Shown: piece by piece, positions 30,245-41,981 of the stretch
Position numbering within the stretch: position 1 is the first letter of the stretch
Layout of the letters: each line of letters begins with the position of its first letter
Source of the DNA: Trypanosoma brucei
Taxonomy: Eukaryota
Assembly (NCBI GenBank): GCA_000002445.1
Contig: CM000207.1
Coordinates: forward strand, 1,536,001-1,600,000
DNA length: 64,000 nt
Direction of reading: 5' to 3'
Position numbers and translations under genes: made by a program
Notes under the pieces: model-generated
Databases searched by the model: none
The model's input: the letters and a program-made list of their open reading frames with translations, nothing else
What the model was told of the DNA's origin: nothing

Positions 30245-30963
30245 GTTACTGGGTTTCTGTTTCGCTTTGCTTTGCTTTGCTTTACTTTCCTTGTTGTTGA
30301 TGTTTATGATGCTGTCGGGAGAACTCTCCTTCTTGCCCGTTTGCTCCTTTTGGAAGTTGCTCTTGATGAAGCGTCTTTTGTAAGTAAACGCCCCAACGAA
30401 AGATATGAATATATATACCAGTTGATCTCTTTTTTATCCCCTCGAATCAGGAATGGCTCGTCCACGTACTACAGAAATATCCTTCAGTCAAATGTAGTAT
30501 TGCAGCAATGTCGCGCTCTTTCTTTTCCCCTTGCGGTTGAACTTCAACGCCGTCGAAAATGAAAGAAATAAGGTAGTGGAATGACATTCCGTAATATAAG
30601 AGTACCGAGCATAACACAGATACATATACATAAAGAAAGTGGATAAAGGAAACATGGGAATCTCGAGACATTGCATGAAACAACAAACAACCCTTCTCCC
30701 CATCACACACACACACACACCCAAACAAACAAATATACAAATGAGGGAAAATAAGAGCATACACCAACCACCCACTCTCTCCATTTTGGGGGGACTTTTG
30801 ACTACAGTTTCCCAAAAAAAAAAAAGATAAATGGGAGAAACGAAGTGTTTTAGCAGCCTCTCGCGACAAGCCTCCAAAGGGGACCAAAAAAGTTATAGCA
30901 CTTTGCGGGTGTCGGGTGGCAGGGAGAACAATGCTTAAAAAAAAAAACAGCCAATACGATTGG

Positions 30964-31539
30964 TTATGATGACGAAGGCACTTGCATAACAAGAAGCCGC
31001 CGCGTTTCCTCAAGTTGGCGTCGAAGTTGGTTTGACAACATATTCCGCTGACGCACGTAAAGTAGCGCATCGTGCAAATCTTCATTTATTGCAGCAACCT
31101 TCGCTTCCACGGCGCAATCCCGGAATGGCAGTCGCGTAACCGTGCGCCGCACCGTTGCCGCCTCCTCCTGCCGCTTTTGCTGCTGGCGCTGGCGCTGGCG
31201 GCTGAGAACTCGGGCATGGGCCTCCAACTTCGAGGCGAGGCGGGACGCTAAAACATCCTCATCGACGCGGTTGCGTTGTTGAGAGACGGATGAAAAGCAA
31301 CTGTCACTGCTTATGCTGCTCCGTCTACTTCTTTCAACCGCTACGCCATCACCACCACATTTCTTTAAAGCTCCCAACATTCGCATGTAGAAGCACTCCG
31401 GGAAGTAAGCGTCGTCATTGTTGCTATCCGCTGCATCTTCAACCGCGCCACAGGGTTCACGGGTGAAAAGCGCTCGAACCTGCTCACACCACACTATGTA
31501 GCGCTCAGTCTCGCTCATCGTAGTGGGGGGTTCCCTCAT
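30964..31539 (-). CDS. Hypothetical protein (191 aa); the C-terminal half is a basic/coiled-coil-like Q/R-rich region
   Basis: Minus-strand ORF in register with the cluster; no family recognised. Confidence 0.45.
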   Translation of the reverse strand: MREPPTTMSETERYIVWCEQVRALFTREPCGAVEDAADSNNDDAYFPECFYMRMLGALKKCGGDGVAVERSRRSSISSDSCFSSVSQQRNRVDEDVLASRLASKLEAHARVLSRQRQRQQQKRQEEAATVRRTVTRLPFRDCAVEAKVAAINEDLHDALLYVRQRNMLSNQLRRQLEETRRLLVMQVPSSS

Positions 31540-31583
31540 TTTACATTAATTCACTTATCCTTTTGTTTTTGTTTTTTTTTTTC

Positions 31584-31613
31584 GTGTGTGTGTGTGTGTG
31601 TACGTGTGTGTAT
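31584..31613. repeat. (GT)n microsatellite; (CA)n tracts also occur at ~30703-30720, ~34141-34160 and ~25625-25642, and (AT)n(GT)n at ~27165-27198
   Basis: Direct. Confidence 0.85.
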
Positions 31614-32760
31614 GTAGCGACGCGTTTATGTGTGGTCCCCTTTACGGTGACACAAGTGTGCAAAGTGTTACCTTCGTTCACTTCCTTCTACGACCTTCAC
31701 CAACTTGGAGAAATGGAAACTCAGATAATTAAAAAAAAAAAGCATCGCATCAACTACACGTGTTGCAGCATTAGTGTTTGTGCCAACACATTTGCCTCGT
31801 GGGCAGAAGCGCCACGAGCGTCCACATTTAGAGTTAAATCAATAATAAACGATTATATATTTATTTATGTTTGAAAGTTCGTTTGTTTGTTTTTGCTTCG
31901 CCCACGTCACGCCAGAGTCCAGCCCGAATAGCGGGTCACAAATCCTAACAATTGGGCCCGAGATCCCTCCACCTCACACTCTACAATGACCCTCTTTTTT
32001 TTTTTATTTTTCTTTTCTCCCTCTCCTTCTCTCCGATTTGATCAATTACTATTTTAAAACGAACGGAAAGAAACAACAAAATAAAAAGAACCATATCGTC
32101 ACAATACAACGAGCGATCGTCTTTCCACCCCCATCTCACATCTTTCCTCAGTGTCTGTAAACGCCGCACGGCGGATGAAGAGAAGAGCGGCTCTTCAGTG
32201 AACAAAGGTACACCCCTAAAAAAAAAAAAGATAAGAAACTAACGAGAACTAATGATAACAATAAATATTATAACACGTAAATGTATATAATAGAAACACA
32301 CGAACCCGTCACCCGTTCATCCTCCTTACATGTTATCCTTGGCCTTCTCCTTCCTTTCAGTAATATACTCCTCTATCTAGCAGAAACTCCGACCATCAAC
32401 AAAATTAAAAAAAAAACATACAGAGACATGAATGCCAAACACAGATAAAGAAAACAAGAAAGGAAAAAAGAAACTGGCATACATCTTGCCGTACGATCAG
32501 CTTTGATCTTCTTCCCTTCCCTATTTGCCCTCCTTAAATCATTGCCTATTGAGTGGTACCCCTCCCCCTCCCCCTCTTCTTTTTTTTTTCAACTTTTCAT
32601 CCGTACAGGGAGAGACCTCAAAACAAAACAAAAAAGAAAGTGAGGAAACCAAGTGAGCACATGGTCGAGAAATTGAGGAGAGAGGTCGACCGCTGAGAGA
32701 TAAAGAAGAAAAGCGAGTAAAGAAAAAAGGAGGGCCCTGGAAGGCGCGTCTCAAACAAAA

Positions 32761-33714
32761 TTACTTCTTTCCGGAACCACCACTTGTGCCAAGACCAAGT
32801 GTACTTTTGTATGTGTCGTAAATCCACCACTGCAAACCTGTCAGCGTGCCGATCATTATAATACGTGCCATCAGCCCTTTCGTGCAGAGGTTTCCATAAC
32901 CAATTTCATTGGCGATTTGGCCGTACGACTTTCCCACATTAGAGGCTTTACCGCGGGCAGACACGAGCATATCGGCTGGATGTGAGACAATGGCACAAAC
33001 AATACCCGCAATGTAGCCAGAAGCAAAAGTTATGCTGAGCTGCGTACCCTTGCTGTACTCCTCCTTGGGTTTTGTGAAGACGTTGCTGTAAAAAAACCGC
33101 ACCACCTTCTCAAAAAAGAAAAACTTCGCCATTGTGTAGGGAATCTGACGGGACCACAGGGGCACAAGAGACTTGAAAGGGAATCCAGCAGCTGGGTCCG
33201 CCCGCATGGTGGCAACTGCAGCTCCAAGGGATGTCGGGAAGGTTCCACTTGGGGAAGTTTGCACCTTCACTTTCACCATTTCCATCGGGCATAGCGCCAC
33301 GTCAGCAAAGAATTCGGCACTTGCAGAACCTGCCAACCAAATAAGTCCTTCATACTCCTTGGCAGCCTTCTGACCGGCGAGGTTGGCGTAGAAATCTTTG
33401 AACACTTCATAGAGACCAAATTTGCAAGCACCTTGCATTGAGTAACCAATGAGGGTAGGCAACCAACCCTTCCAAATACCTTTAGCACCGAAACCATCCT
33501 CCGCGGCCAGCACCTTAAAGCCGCTTCCAATACCCCTGAACTTCTCCGGGTTCACTTGCATATTACATTTCACAACATCGAGGGGACATACGGCGGTGTG
33601 CGTTAGGCCACAGGAGAGGACGCCCCCACCTATGCATTTCAGATAGTAGCTGTTGTTGTGAGGGATGTCGGGGTTGGCGTAACGTGCGTCCCAAGTTTTG
33701 TTCTTTGCGCTCAT
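32761..33714 (-). CDS. Mitochondrial phosphate carrier (SLC25A3-type mitochondrial carrier family)
   Basis: Threefold carrier architecture. PLDVVKCNMQ matches the PiC signature PLDLVKCRMQ, and the GIWKGW and SLGAAVATMRADP stretches are also present. Confidence 0.85.
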   Translation of the reverse strand: MSAKNKTWDARYANPDIPHNNSYYLKCIGGGVLSCGLTHTAVCPLDVVKCNMQVNPEKFRGIGSGFKVLAAEDGFGAKGIWKGWLPTLIGYSMQGACKFGLYEVFKDFYANLAGQKAAKEYEGLIWLAGSASAEFFADVALCPMEMVKVKVQTSPSGTFPTSLGAAVATMRADPAAGFPFKSLVPLWSRQIPYTMAKFFFFEKVVRFFYSNVFTKPKEEYSKGTQLSITFASGYIAGIVCAIVSHPADMLVSARGKASNVGKSYGQIANEIGYGNLCTKGLMARIIMIGTLTGLQWWIYDTYKSTLGLGTSGGSGKK

Positions 33715-34917
33715 TATTTACCTTCCTTCTGTTTTTTTGCACTTTTTTATATTCCTCAAATCGTGACCCGGCCCGTCTTTTGTGATGCAAGCGGTTTCCT
33801 ATTTCTTTGTTTCTTTATAAACGTTTTCAAAGGTATTGATATTGGACTCGTATGTGGCCATATACCGAAGATACGCGAAGGGGTGGAAGCGAAACGTTTA
33901 AAGAATAGTGAAGATACCGCAAACCTTATTGGCAAAAACAACCTGACGACGGCGGGGAAGGTGCGCCGGTGCAGCATCATTCTTCTCTACTTGTCTTTAC
34001 GACTGAATTACGTGCTGAAAAGATTTTGGCAACGGGTACCGCCAAATCCGGCAGCTGTGCTTACCACAGCTTAACTTTACGCTAAAACGTACACCACATT
34101 CCCTCATGGGTGAAAAAAAAAAACAAACGAAAAACAACGGCACACACACACACACACACAGGACAGAATTGATGACGAGGTTGATTACGCAGAAGGCGCT
34201 CAGCCAACACGGCCGGAGACAGAAAGTGTATTGGGCACGATTCGGAGCGGCAAACCCGTCCATATTAATTCAGTCCTTCCAAACCATGTCACTTGCCAAC
34301 GCCGGCATGTCATGGGGAAGAATGAATGGAATACGAAAACCTCATGAAGTGTGCGGCGCTTTCTCGAGACTTCCCCGCCAGCGGTACCGCCTTCTCTGGT
34401 GGTTGAGATAATCTCCTCTTTAAAGTGGTTGAAGGAAACACACCATACGATATCACACCAACCCGCAATAGTAAAGTAAGTAGTGGCATTGGGCGACATT
34501 GAAATAACCAGTCCCGCAAATCAAACGCTCAAAACGGGTACGACGCGAATCATCATCCCGATCAACCAAGTAATTAACGATATTTTTGGTCAAGTCCTTG
34601 TTTGGTGTAACGAGTGAAAACATCATGGATGCGGACGTAATCCATCCGAGTGGCGTGGGTGCCGATGATCCGGTGTCCCATCTGTCGAGTGAGTTCCTCC
34701 CGTTTTCATCTGCATCTGCGTTGGTGTCTTTGTGGACGCTAGAGTTATCTTCTCAAATGCGTACGCATAAAACGAGAACGAGAATGAGACGGGAAATTTC
34801 CCACTCTGTGAAGAGTAGTGATGGGTACCTCGGAATGATGTGAGATATCTCCCTACCCACGGTGTTGGTTCAAGCTGCATTTACAAAAGTGAACATTGTA
34901 CTGTTTTCAATCCCACC

Positions 34918-36396
34918 TCATTTGAGAGACTCATAAGCTTGCATGTCAGCATCCTCTAGAATCTCCACTATCGAACCTTCGAACCCATCCCGCCGGAAAA
35001 AGTGTGTCCAAATGATGGAAACCAAAATCGTTCCCCAAACTATAATAACGGTAACCAAAGCTATCTTGAGGCTTGCACACATTGATGCCACAATAAGGGT
35101 CACACTGAACGCTATGGGAACAATTCCACAAATCGCTTCACCCCACAAGCCACCGGGTACACGGTAAGGTCGCTCCAAGGTGGGTCTTTTGAGGCGTAGT
35201 TTGAGAAAGGCGAAGAGGATAGAAATCAATCGCAAGGAGTATAACACCTGGTCAATCTGTACCAATACCGTGAAGGTTAGACACACCGACAGAATCGAGG
35301 TAATCACCGTGTTGGTGACGATAGCGTTGATTGGAGTCCCCAAGTTCCTGTTATACCTTGAAAGCCAGGAAGAAACGAAAGGAAAGGCATTGAGGGTCCC
35401 CATTCCTGCTAGTGACCGTGAGGTTGTCGTTAGTTGCGTTGCCATGAGGCCGAATGTCGAGGCGGCGCCCCCAACCATCATGATTACCGCCATTTTGTAG
35501 CCTCCAACAGCATGAGCCACGCGGACCCAAAAACCGACGCCCCATTGATCAAATGGTATGTCACGCACTCCCTCTGCACTTGCTCCAACGAGCACTGGTG
35601 GTATGTAAGTCGCGAGGGCTGCGAATATCATCAGAACGAGGGCCCGTGCGAATGTTTTTTGCGGATTGGTAACCTCTTCAATGACGTTGCCGGCGCTCTC
35701 GAAGCCGGAGAAGTTCCACGCAACGACGGGAATGAACAGAGGCCAATCGATACTTTGCGGCACTGTCGTAATGCGAGCCCAGTCAAAGCCTTCAGGGATC
35801 TGGATGAAGAAAATTAACACAAACGGTATAAGTGTCAATGCCATCACAAGGACGCTCATTTTCCCCACCACATGCACTCCCAATATGTTGATGAAAGCGC
35901 AAAACCAAAGAAACCCTAGTTTGACTAGAGACTTCGAGAACGCTGAGATGCCAAGCAGCGTAGCGCAGTAATCCGCGAGGATTGTCGGATATAAGCTGTT
36001 ATCAACGAAATTGAGCATAGCCGTCCACAAAATAGTTGAGAAGCAGAGCCACGGCTTAAACGTAACGTTCACCCACATAATAGGTCCAGCATTAGAGGGG
36101 ATTGCGCATGACAGCTCCGCAACACATAGAGAAACCGGGATACCCCAGAAGATTGGTATGAGACAAAGAAATATAATGGTCAAAAGGGGACCGCCAGCGC
36201 TCACGGACTCCTCCAAGCCATAACCACCACTAATGCATGCAGTATACATGACACCCAGCAGTGTAAGGGTCGTTAACGCTGCGCGGGGTTGACTTTCAGT
36301 ATTTTGGTTGGGGTTCTGGAAACGAACCTCTGGAAGTAGCTCCCTCCTAAATTCGGTGGCCATCATCCTCTCGTCGGTGACATTAGACATGTGCAT
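34918..36396 (-). CDS. APC-superfamily amino acid/polyamine permease (12 predicted TM helices)
   Basis: 492-aa polytopic protein with an N-terminal GYGLEESVSAGGPLLTIIFLCLIPIFWGIPVSLCVAELSCAIP, typical of the APC-family TM1/TM2 region. The sub-family is not determinable by eye. Confidence 0.65.
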   Translation of the reverse strand: MHMSNVTDERMMATEFRRELLPEVRFQNPNQNTESQPRAALTTLTLLGVMYTACISGGYGLEESVSAGGPLLTIIFLCLIPIFWGIPVSLCVAELSCAIPSNAGPIMWVNVTFKPWLCFSTILWTAMLNFVDNSLYPTILADYCATLLGISAFSKSLVKLGFLWFCAFINILGVHVVGKMSVLVMALTLIPFVLIFFIQIPEGFDWARITTVPQSIDWPLFIPVVAWNFSGFESAGNVIEEVTNPQKTFARALVLMIFAALATYIPPVLVGASAEGVRDIPFDQWGVGFWVRVAHAVGGYKMAVIMMVGGAASTFGLMATQLTTTSRSLAGMGTLNAFPFVSSWLSRYNRNLGTPINAIVTNTVITSILSVCLTFTVLVQIDQVLYSLRLISILFAFLKLRLKRPTLERPYRVPGGLWGEAICGIVPIAFSVTLIVASMCASLKIALVTVIIVWGTILVSIIWTHFFRRDGFEGSIVEILEDADMQAYESLK

Positions 36397-37807
36397 CTAA
36401 TAGACACGCCTCGCTTCCGCACTACTGCCGAGCACCAAAAAGGAAAAATAGAAACAGAAAAAGAAGTGGGTTGGACAATGACGATCTAGAAAAAAGCGAA
36501 AAGAAGACACCGAGCAAATTAAAAACAAACAAAGGTAATCAAATATTTAACCCTTTGTTCCTATGACAAGCAACATACTTTCGAGCAAAGGGTTTCGCAT
36601 ATCATGACACCTTCACCCCGCAGCAGCCAGCCGGTGTGCTACGCTACAAAACCGTCTTCATCAGACATAGCTCAATAAAGGGCACCTAATCACCTCCTAA
36701 ACACTCAACAGTGTTAACGAAGCAACCCAGTAATGAAATGAACGTCAAACGGGAAAGATACCACAATGAATTCGCTTATTTGTTAGGGCGGTGGGAAACA
36801 ATCCTTTAAGAAAGGGGGTAAACATACGGGTGTATTTCATTCGAAACGGTGATTCCCTTTGCATTATGCTCATTTCCGCATGAGCTGAACCCACTGGATT
36901 TTTATGACCCCGTAATCTAGCAATCGCTCACCCTAATTGAAAAATAAATTAATACATATTTATAGTTAGCGTCGAATCCTGAGAATTTTGCTCAAACAAT
37001 GGCACAGCCCTAAAGGTTGCACACCTCGCACCCCATTCTCAAGCAGCTATATCGAAACTAAAAAAAAAAAGAAGTCCCACTTCGCACACGTAAAAAAGAA
37101 TTGCTTCAAACACATGAGCGCGCGCACCAGGTATACCTACACCAATCAGAATAACCTCGCATATAGGATTGCTTGACTAAAATACAGCAATACCACTACT
37201 TCAACCCCACGGAAAGATTGAGCAGGTCCTTCCCCGCACTTGAACAAACAACGTAAACGAATTCTCCAAAAAAGAAAAACCCATTCCCCTTTTTTTCTCA
37301 TCCATTAGCGTTCCCTTGTTTCCTTTCAGCGCAAAATGAAGCACCAAGATTGTATAGCGCTGCAGCAAAGCAAAAACAAAGAGTAGTTAAAATATGGAAA
37401 CAAATGCGGGAGGTGAGCGGGAAAGGAAAATGACAGGCCGCGGAGCAAAAATTGAGGCGTAAGTTCAGGCGGTGGATACCCTCATATTCTACGGACCAAA
37501 ATTTTCCCTTTAAGCATGTAGTTTTTTAAAATGGTGAGAAATAACCGCGGTGTGGCCACATAGCTAATAACTGCGCGCAGAGAGGTACGTAGAGAAACAT
37601 ATATCCATTTACTCACATGTACATTGATACGCGTTTCTAGCAATTGGTGGGCAGCGCGAAAAAACAGATACGCACACACCTTATCACGGCAACTGACAAG
37701 GTTAAAGAATCCACAACAACTGACATAACGCATCAATGTGCTTGCTCCACTCTCGAATTTGTGAAAAGTTCACAAAAGAACATTATTATGCAAAACAATT
37801 TCCCACA

Positions 37808-38431
37808 TTATTTACCCCGTAACATGTCAAGTCGTGCACTCAGCTCATCAAGATCCGGTTCAGCTAATTTAGTTGCCTCTGGCGCCACGGGTTGCTGCTG
37901 CGGAAGCTTTGCCTTATTGAATAACTCCTCCTTAACGGCCAGACCTTCCTCTTCAGCCACCTGCAACAGGAGTAAAGATACCTCATCCTCCGGCATGCTG
38001 GTAGACGTTGTTTGCCCTATTGCGGTTTCCATGTATTCAGATGCAACATCCATTGTTTCAAATTGTTTCTCAAATTTCTCCATGAGTTCTGATATCTTCT
38101 CTGGGTTCATGGACTGAACAACCTTGTCCATTCCATGTACCATCTGACTCATCCCTCTTGTTACTTTGTTCATCTTGATGGCTGTATCGAGGCGTGAGAC
38201 AACGGCATCCATACGCGAGGCGAGGCGGAGGTGGCTCAGGGACTCGTTCCTCTTTCGAATGCTGTTTTCAGCAAAAATACGCGCTATATCCATGTTGCCC
38301 TTCGCCATTGCCTTTTTACACTTACCCAATTCAGCCTTCTGTTCCTTCTCACATCGCGTCGAGTTTTTATTGAACTGTTTCACAACATACTTGAGTTGAA
38401 AGTGAAGGTCCTGCAGCTGATTAACAGACAT
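37808..38431 (-). CDS. ESCRT-III protein CHMP1/Vps46 (Did2), Snf7 family
   Basis: LHFQLKYVVKQFNK...AMAKGNMDIARIFAENSIRKRNESLSHLRLASRMDAVVSRLDTAIKMNKVTRGM versus human CHMP1 LFQLKFTAKQLEK...[54 protein letters not shown]. The C-terminal MIM-like ELSARLDMLR is also present. Confidence 0.8.
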   Translation of the reverse strand: MSVNQLQDLHFQLKYVVKQFNKNSTRCEKEQKAELGKCKKAMAKGNMDIARIFAENSIRKRNESLSHLRLASRMDAVVSRLDTAIKMNKVTRGMSQMVHGMDKVVQSMNPEKISELMEKFEKQFETMDVASEYMETAIGQTTSTSMPEDEVSLLLLQVAEEEGLAVKEELFNKAKLPQQQPVAPEATKLAEPDLDELSARLDMLRGK

Positions 38432-39179
38432 TTACACCACTCCTCTGCTTACTACTATATATTCTTTTGTTTCTATGCGGCTGCGTCCTAGAAGAGGGAA
38501 AAAAGTCGTAAATCTCCCTTATATTCAAGTTAAACCTCCGTTGCCGTAGATTCTGAATAAAAAGAAATGCGACGTACTCTTTAGTACAAGCGAAGTGAGG
38601 GAACCGGTGGAAGGAAGTAGAATCCAAAAGTGAAACAAAGTAAGGCGTGACGAACACTAAAGCAATGACAGCGGCAAACAGGCATGGAAGAAGAATATTG
38701 TAGCTAACAGAAGTCCATGGAAAACAACATACCCAACATGCACGCACACCGTGAAGTAGGTAAATAACAAACGACAACACGACTTTCAGTCCGAACGCCC
38801 TTTTAACATGTCCCAGTTCTTAAGTAAGTAATTTTGTGAGGGTAATAATTGCCGCAACCGGCGAGCTTCATGCCTCTTAACGATTTTCCCCAATGGGAAT
38901 ATCGGCCCAAGAGGATGCCAGTGTTTTTTCTTTTTTTTGCGATGCGATGCCAACGTGCCTCTCCCCTCGCACACGATATATTGGCACAAGGGGTGCGAAG
39001 ACTTTACTGTTATCGCTCCCGCTCCAATAAATAAGGCTAAGCAAGGTTTTCACTGTGCCCAAAAAGGAGTTTTCAAATCAGACAAAGTAAATTTGGTGTT
39101 TCTACTTTCCACAGTTCCACCGAAGGCGTGGAACGGCATATGTGCTAATACGAATGAAGGGAAGGAGGAAGAGAAGAGT

Positions 39180-39638
39180 TCACTCACAATTAATATGCCT
39201 CTCAACTTCCTGTAGAAGCGCCTTGTCCTCCATTGCTGCCGCCAGTCTCTCCTTGTCTGCAACCTGTTTTTCTAATTCACGCTGCCGCACGTGAGAGCCA
39301 TCCACAAGCGTAATGTCGAACTTTGCATTATTCGACAGGGAAAACACCTCCCGAAGCCTTACATAAACACATAAACATATAAACTCCATGAGACTACAGT
39401 GAGGCACAGTGGGTTGTAAGATAACTTTCACAACAACACTTGGTTTTCCGCTATCGTTGCACCCCTGCCCGCGCAACGATTGAAAATCAGCCGAACTTTC
39501 AATATATTCGACACGGCAGCGGTTCATTGCTACAACGTCAAGATCAGCCAACGTGCAATCCGGCCTTTCTGGATCTCGTATGGTGGAAAGCTCATAGAAG
39601 ACATCCTCTGCCGTTAAACGGTCCGTCATCGCCAGCAC
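39180..39638 (-). CDS. Cytosolic Fe-S assembly component CIA2 / MIP18-family (DUF59) protein
   Basis: EDVFYELSTIRDPERP-DCTLADLDVV...PTVPHCSLMEFICLCVYVRL...ELEKQVADKERLAAAMEDKALLQEVERHI versus FAM96B [24 protein letters not shown]...[20 protein letters not shown]...[29 protein letters not shown]. Confidence 0.8.
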   Translation of the reverse strand: MLAMTDRLTAEDVFYELSTIRDPERPDCTLADLDVVAMNRCRVEYIESSADFQSLRGQGCNDSGKPSVVVKVILQPTVPHCSLMEFICLCVYVRLREVFSLSNNAKFDITLVDGSHVRQRELEKQVADKERLAAAMEDKALLQEVERHINCE

Positions 39639-40137
39639 CTCAGTGCTTCAATTGTTGAACCAACCCCTGCCTTCGTATGCTCCTATAGCTCCAATTACGA
39701 TAAGTGGGAGGAGGTGAGCTTCCCGAAGGCAACTACGATTAGTTAATCGAAGTTGGAGAATGGAGAGGGAGAAGGAGAAGGAAAAGGAAAGGGAAAGGAG
39801 CAGGGAGAGTGTGCTTCTCATTAGAAAAGCGACAGCGCGTAGCTGCCGCCAGGGGGCGCCGTGGGGGTGATCAAATAAAAATTGCGTCGGTGACCAAAAT
39901 CAATATATTACAAACAAAAATGACAAAGGCGTCTACAACATTTTAGGGGAAAAGATGTTGTTCCTCCCCTCTCCCCCTACTTCTCGTACTTCATCACCAC
40001 TCGACTCTAATAAACATGGGGTGCACCGCCCCTCCTCGACACCCACTGCACTTCCCCAGCGTCCAAAGGGTTCTTAGGAACGCTTAAATTGCATGTGGGC
40101 ATTGCTGTGGCTAGTCGGGTGCGCACAGCAGGAAATC

Positions 40138-41229
40138 CTACTGCTCCGCGGCAACACCTCTGAAGGGTATCTCAAACCAAATACACCAGTCCTCGATGTC
40201 CTGCACAATTGGATGTCTTTCACCATAAAATTTCTGTGATGTTGTGCGAGCTGAAAGAAGGTGTTCTGCTGCCTCATCGTTTTTATTCACCCACAAAAGA
40301 TACAAACCCAGTAAAAATTGCGCTCGTGCTGTCGTTGGATGTGAGATGGTGAGGCGCTCTTTCTGAATGCTAAAAATACCAAACAACATTTTGGATACAT
40401 CGGCGAGATTTTCCTTTCCAAATGCCCGTGCTGAGGCGTGGCCGACCTCATGTGTGACTTCATCATCGTCATAACGCTTAACGAGCTTAGCTGCCATCGT
40501 TTCATCAACAATGTCTTTGAGTACTCGACGTAAGTGTTTCAGCCAGATGTTTTTCACCGTATCGTAAAGTGCCATCGCCGCCTCCATGCACGCCTTGGTG
40601 GCAAAAACATTGGCCAAGTCAAAATAAGCAAAGGTTGTCAGTACATGCTCTGGGCCATTCATTACACTTAGATAATACGTGGCGCAGGTTAGGTGCTTAA
40701 CAGAAACATCTAGTTTATTGTCCGCGGCATACAGTAGTCCAAATGTCTGGTGGAGTTCCGCTTTTATGGTCGCATCTGCTTCATCTGGATTCTGAAGGAT
40801 AATAAAGTGCGCAAGGGATAATATTTCCTCCGCATTCCCGTAACGTTTCAAAAACTGGTTCGTTCGAGCAAGATGGAAGTGCGCTGGCACAAGCTTTACG
40901 CTTCCCTTTCCATAGAACCTCTCCTTCAAGCGAAGCGTTTTCACGCCTGCCTCCGCTGCTGCCTCTCCGTTTCCCTCCACAAGCAACCGTCTGCTTTCAT
41001 CCTGTGCGCGCGTCAGCAGCTGCTCAATGACCGCACCCACCTTTTCGCGATGCGCCGACCTGGCTGCAAGAGCGTTGATGCCACTAGATGGCGCATCCAT
41101 TAACTGCATCAACTCGTCAAACTTTGGCTCCAGTGTTGACCAGCCAACATTGGTGATGTCGAGTGGGTCCACCAACTCCTTGGCGGCTGCACGCGTGGAG
41201 GGGAGCACTTTTAAATTGGCGCCTTGCAT
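40138..41229 (-). CDS. Conserved hypothetical protein (363 aa), predicted alpha-helical/TPR-like
   Basis: Long minus ORF with coding composition; no confident family. Confidence 0.55.
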   Translation of the reverse strand: MQGANLKVLPSTRAAAKELVDPLDITNVGWSTLEPKFDELMQLMDAPSSGINALAARSAHREKVGAVIEQLLTRAQDESRRLLVEGNGEAAAEAGVKTLRLKERFYGKGSVKLVPAHFHLARTNQFLKRYGNAEEILSLAHFIILQNPDEADATIKAELHQTFGLLYAADNKLDVSVKHLTCATYYLSVMNGPEHVLTTFAYFDLANVFATKACMEAAMALYDTVKNIWLKHLRRVLKDIVDETMAAKLVKRYDDDEVTHEVGHASARAFGKENLADVSKMLFGIFSIQKERLTISHPTTARAQFLLGLYLLWVNKNDEAAEHLLSARTTSQKFYGERHPIVQDIEDWCIWFEIPFRGVAAEQ

Positions 41230-41981
41230 ATGACTTCAAAAACGAAACCCGATATGCCCAGCACGTGTTAATAAAGTAAAATGTAGAGGAGAGTTGGGGT
41301 TATAAATGGTGCGTCCGAGACAAACTTCAACAAGAGAAAGGTAGGAATCAAGAGAAGAAGCTGCACTCAGTTGGTGTGCCCAAAGAAGGTACCTTCTTTT
41401 TAAAGACGCATTCTACCCCCTAAAAAGCCCTTACAAAATATTTCCTCCCTTACGAAGCACCAACTTCTCTGCTACTCCCATCCCCTACACTAATCAACCA
41501 ATAGAACAAGATGAAATAGAGACTGATGGTTTGCTGTACCACATGCGCCGATAAACCTACGGAAACGAACTTGAAGGCTTCCCCAAATTGTCACTGCCGC
41601 AAAGGTACCAATTTCGCAACCCATCCTCTCGTTCAAATTCGATGTGAACATCGTTTACTTACGGCATAACAGCTTCTGTCCACTTCAGTGCATGACTACC
41701 TATTAAATTACTTATCCGCCGCTTATCATTTACTCATTATTGCCGCTACACATCGAGACATTGCCAAAAATGTGGGTGTAAAAAAAAAAGAGTGTGTAAT
41801 TATTGCAACAGATCAGAAGGTCCAAAATCCTGACAGACAAGCGGTTGAGGAACATATGTAGATCGTGAGGTCGCGTGAGCTGTGTGAGCACTCCCCGGCC
41901 GTTCAACACGGAAAAAAACTTCTTTAATACTTAAAACATACTTCAATTAATTCACAGTTAAGGTGATTGCTCTTTTTCGCT

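Noticed and set aside
30447-31085. 212-aa minus ORF overlapping the 30964..31539 gene and the (CA)n tract
   Set aside because: It is in a different frame from the better-supported neighbour, Cys/Phe-rich and low-complexity, and includes translated microsatellite. It is probably not coding.
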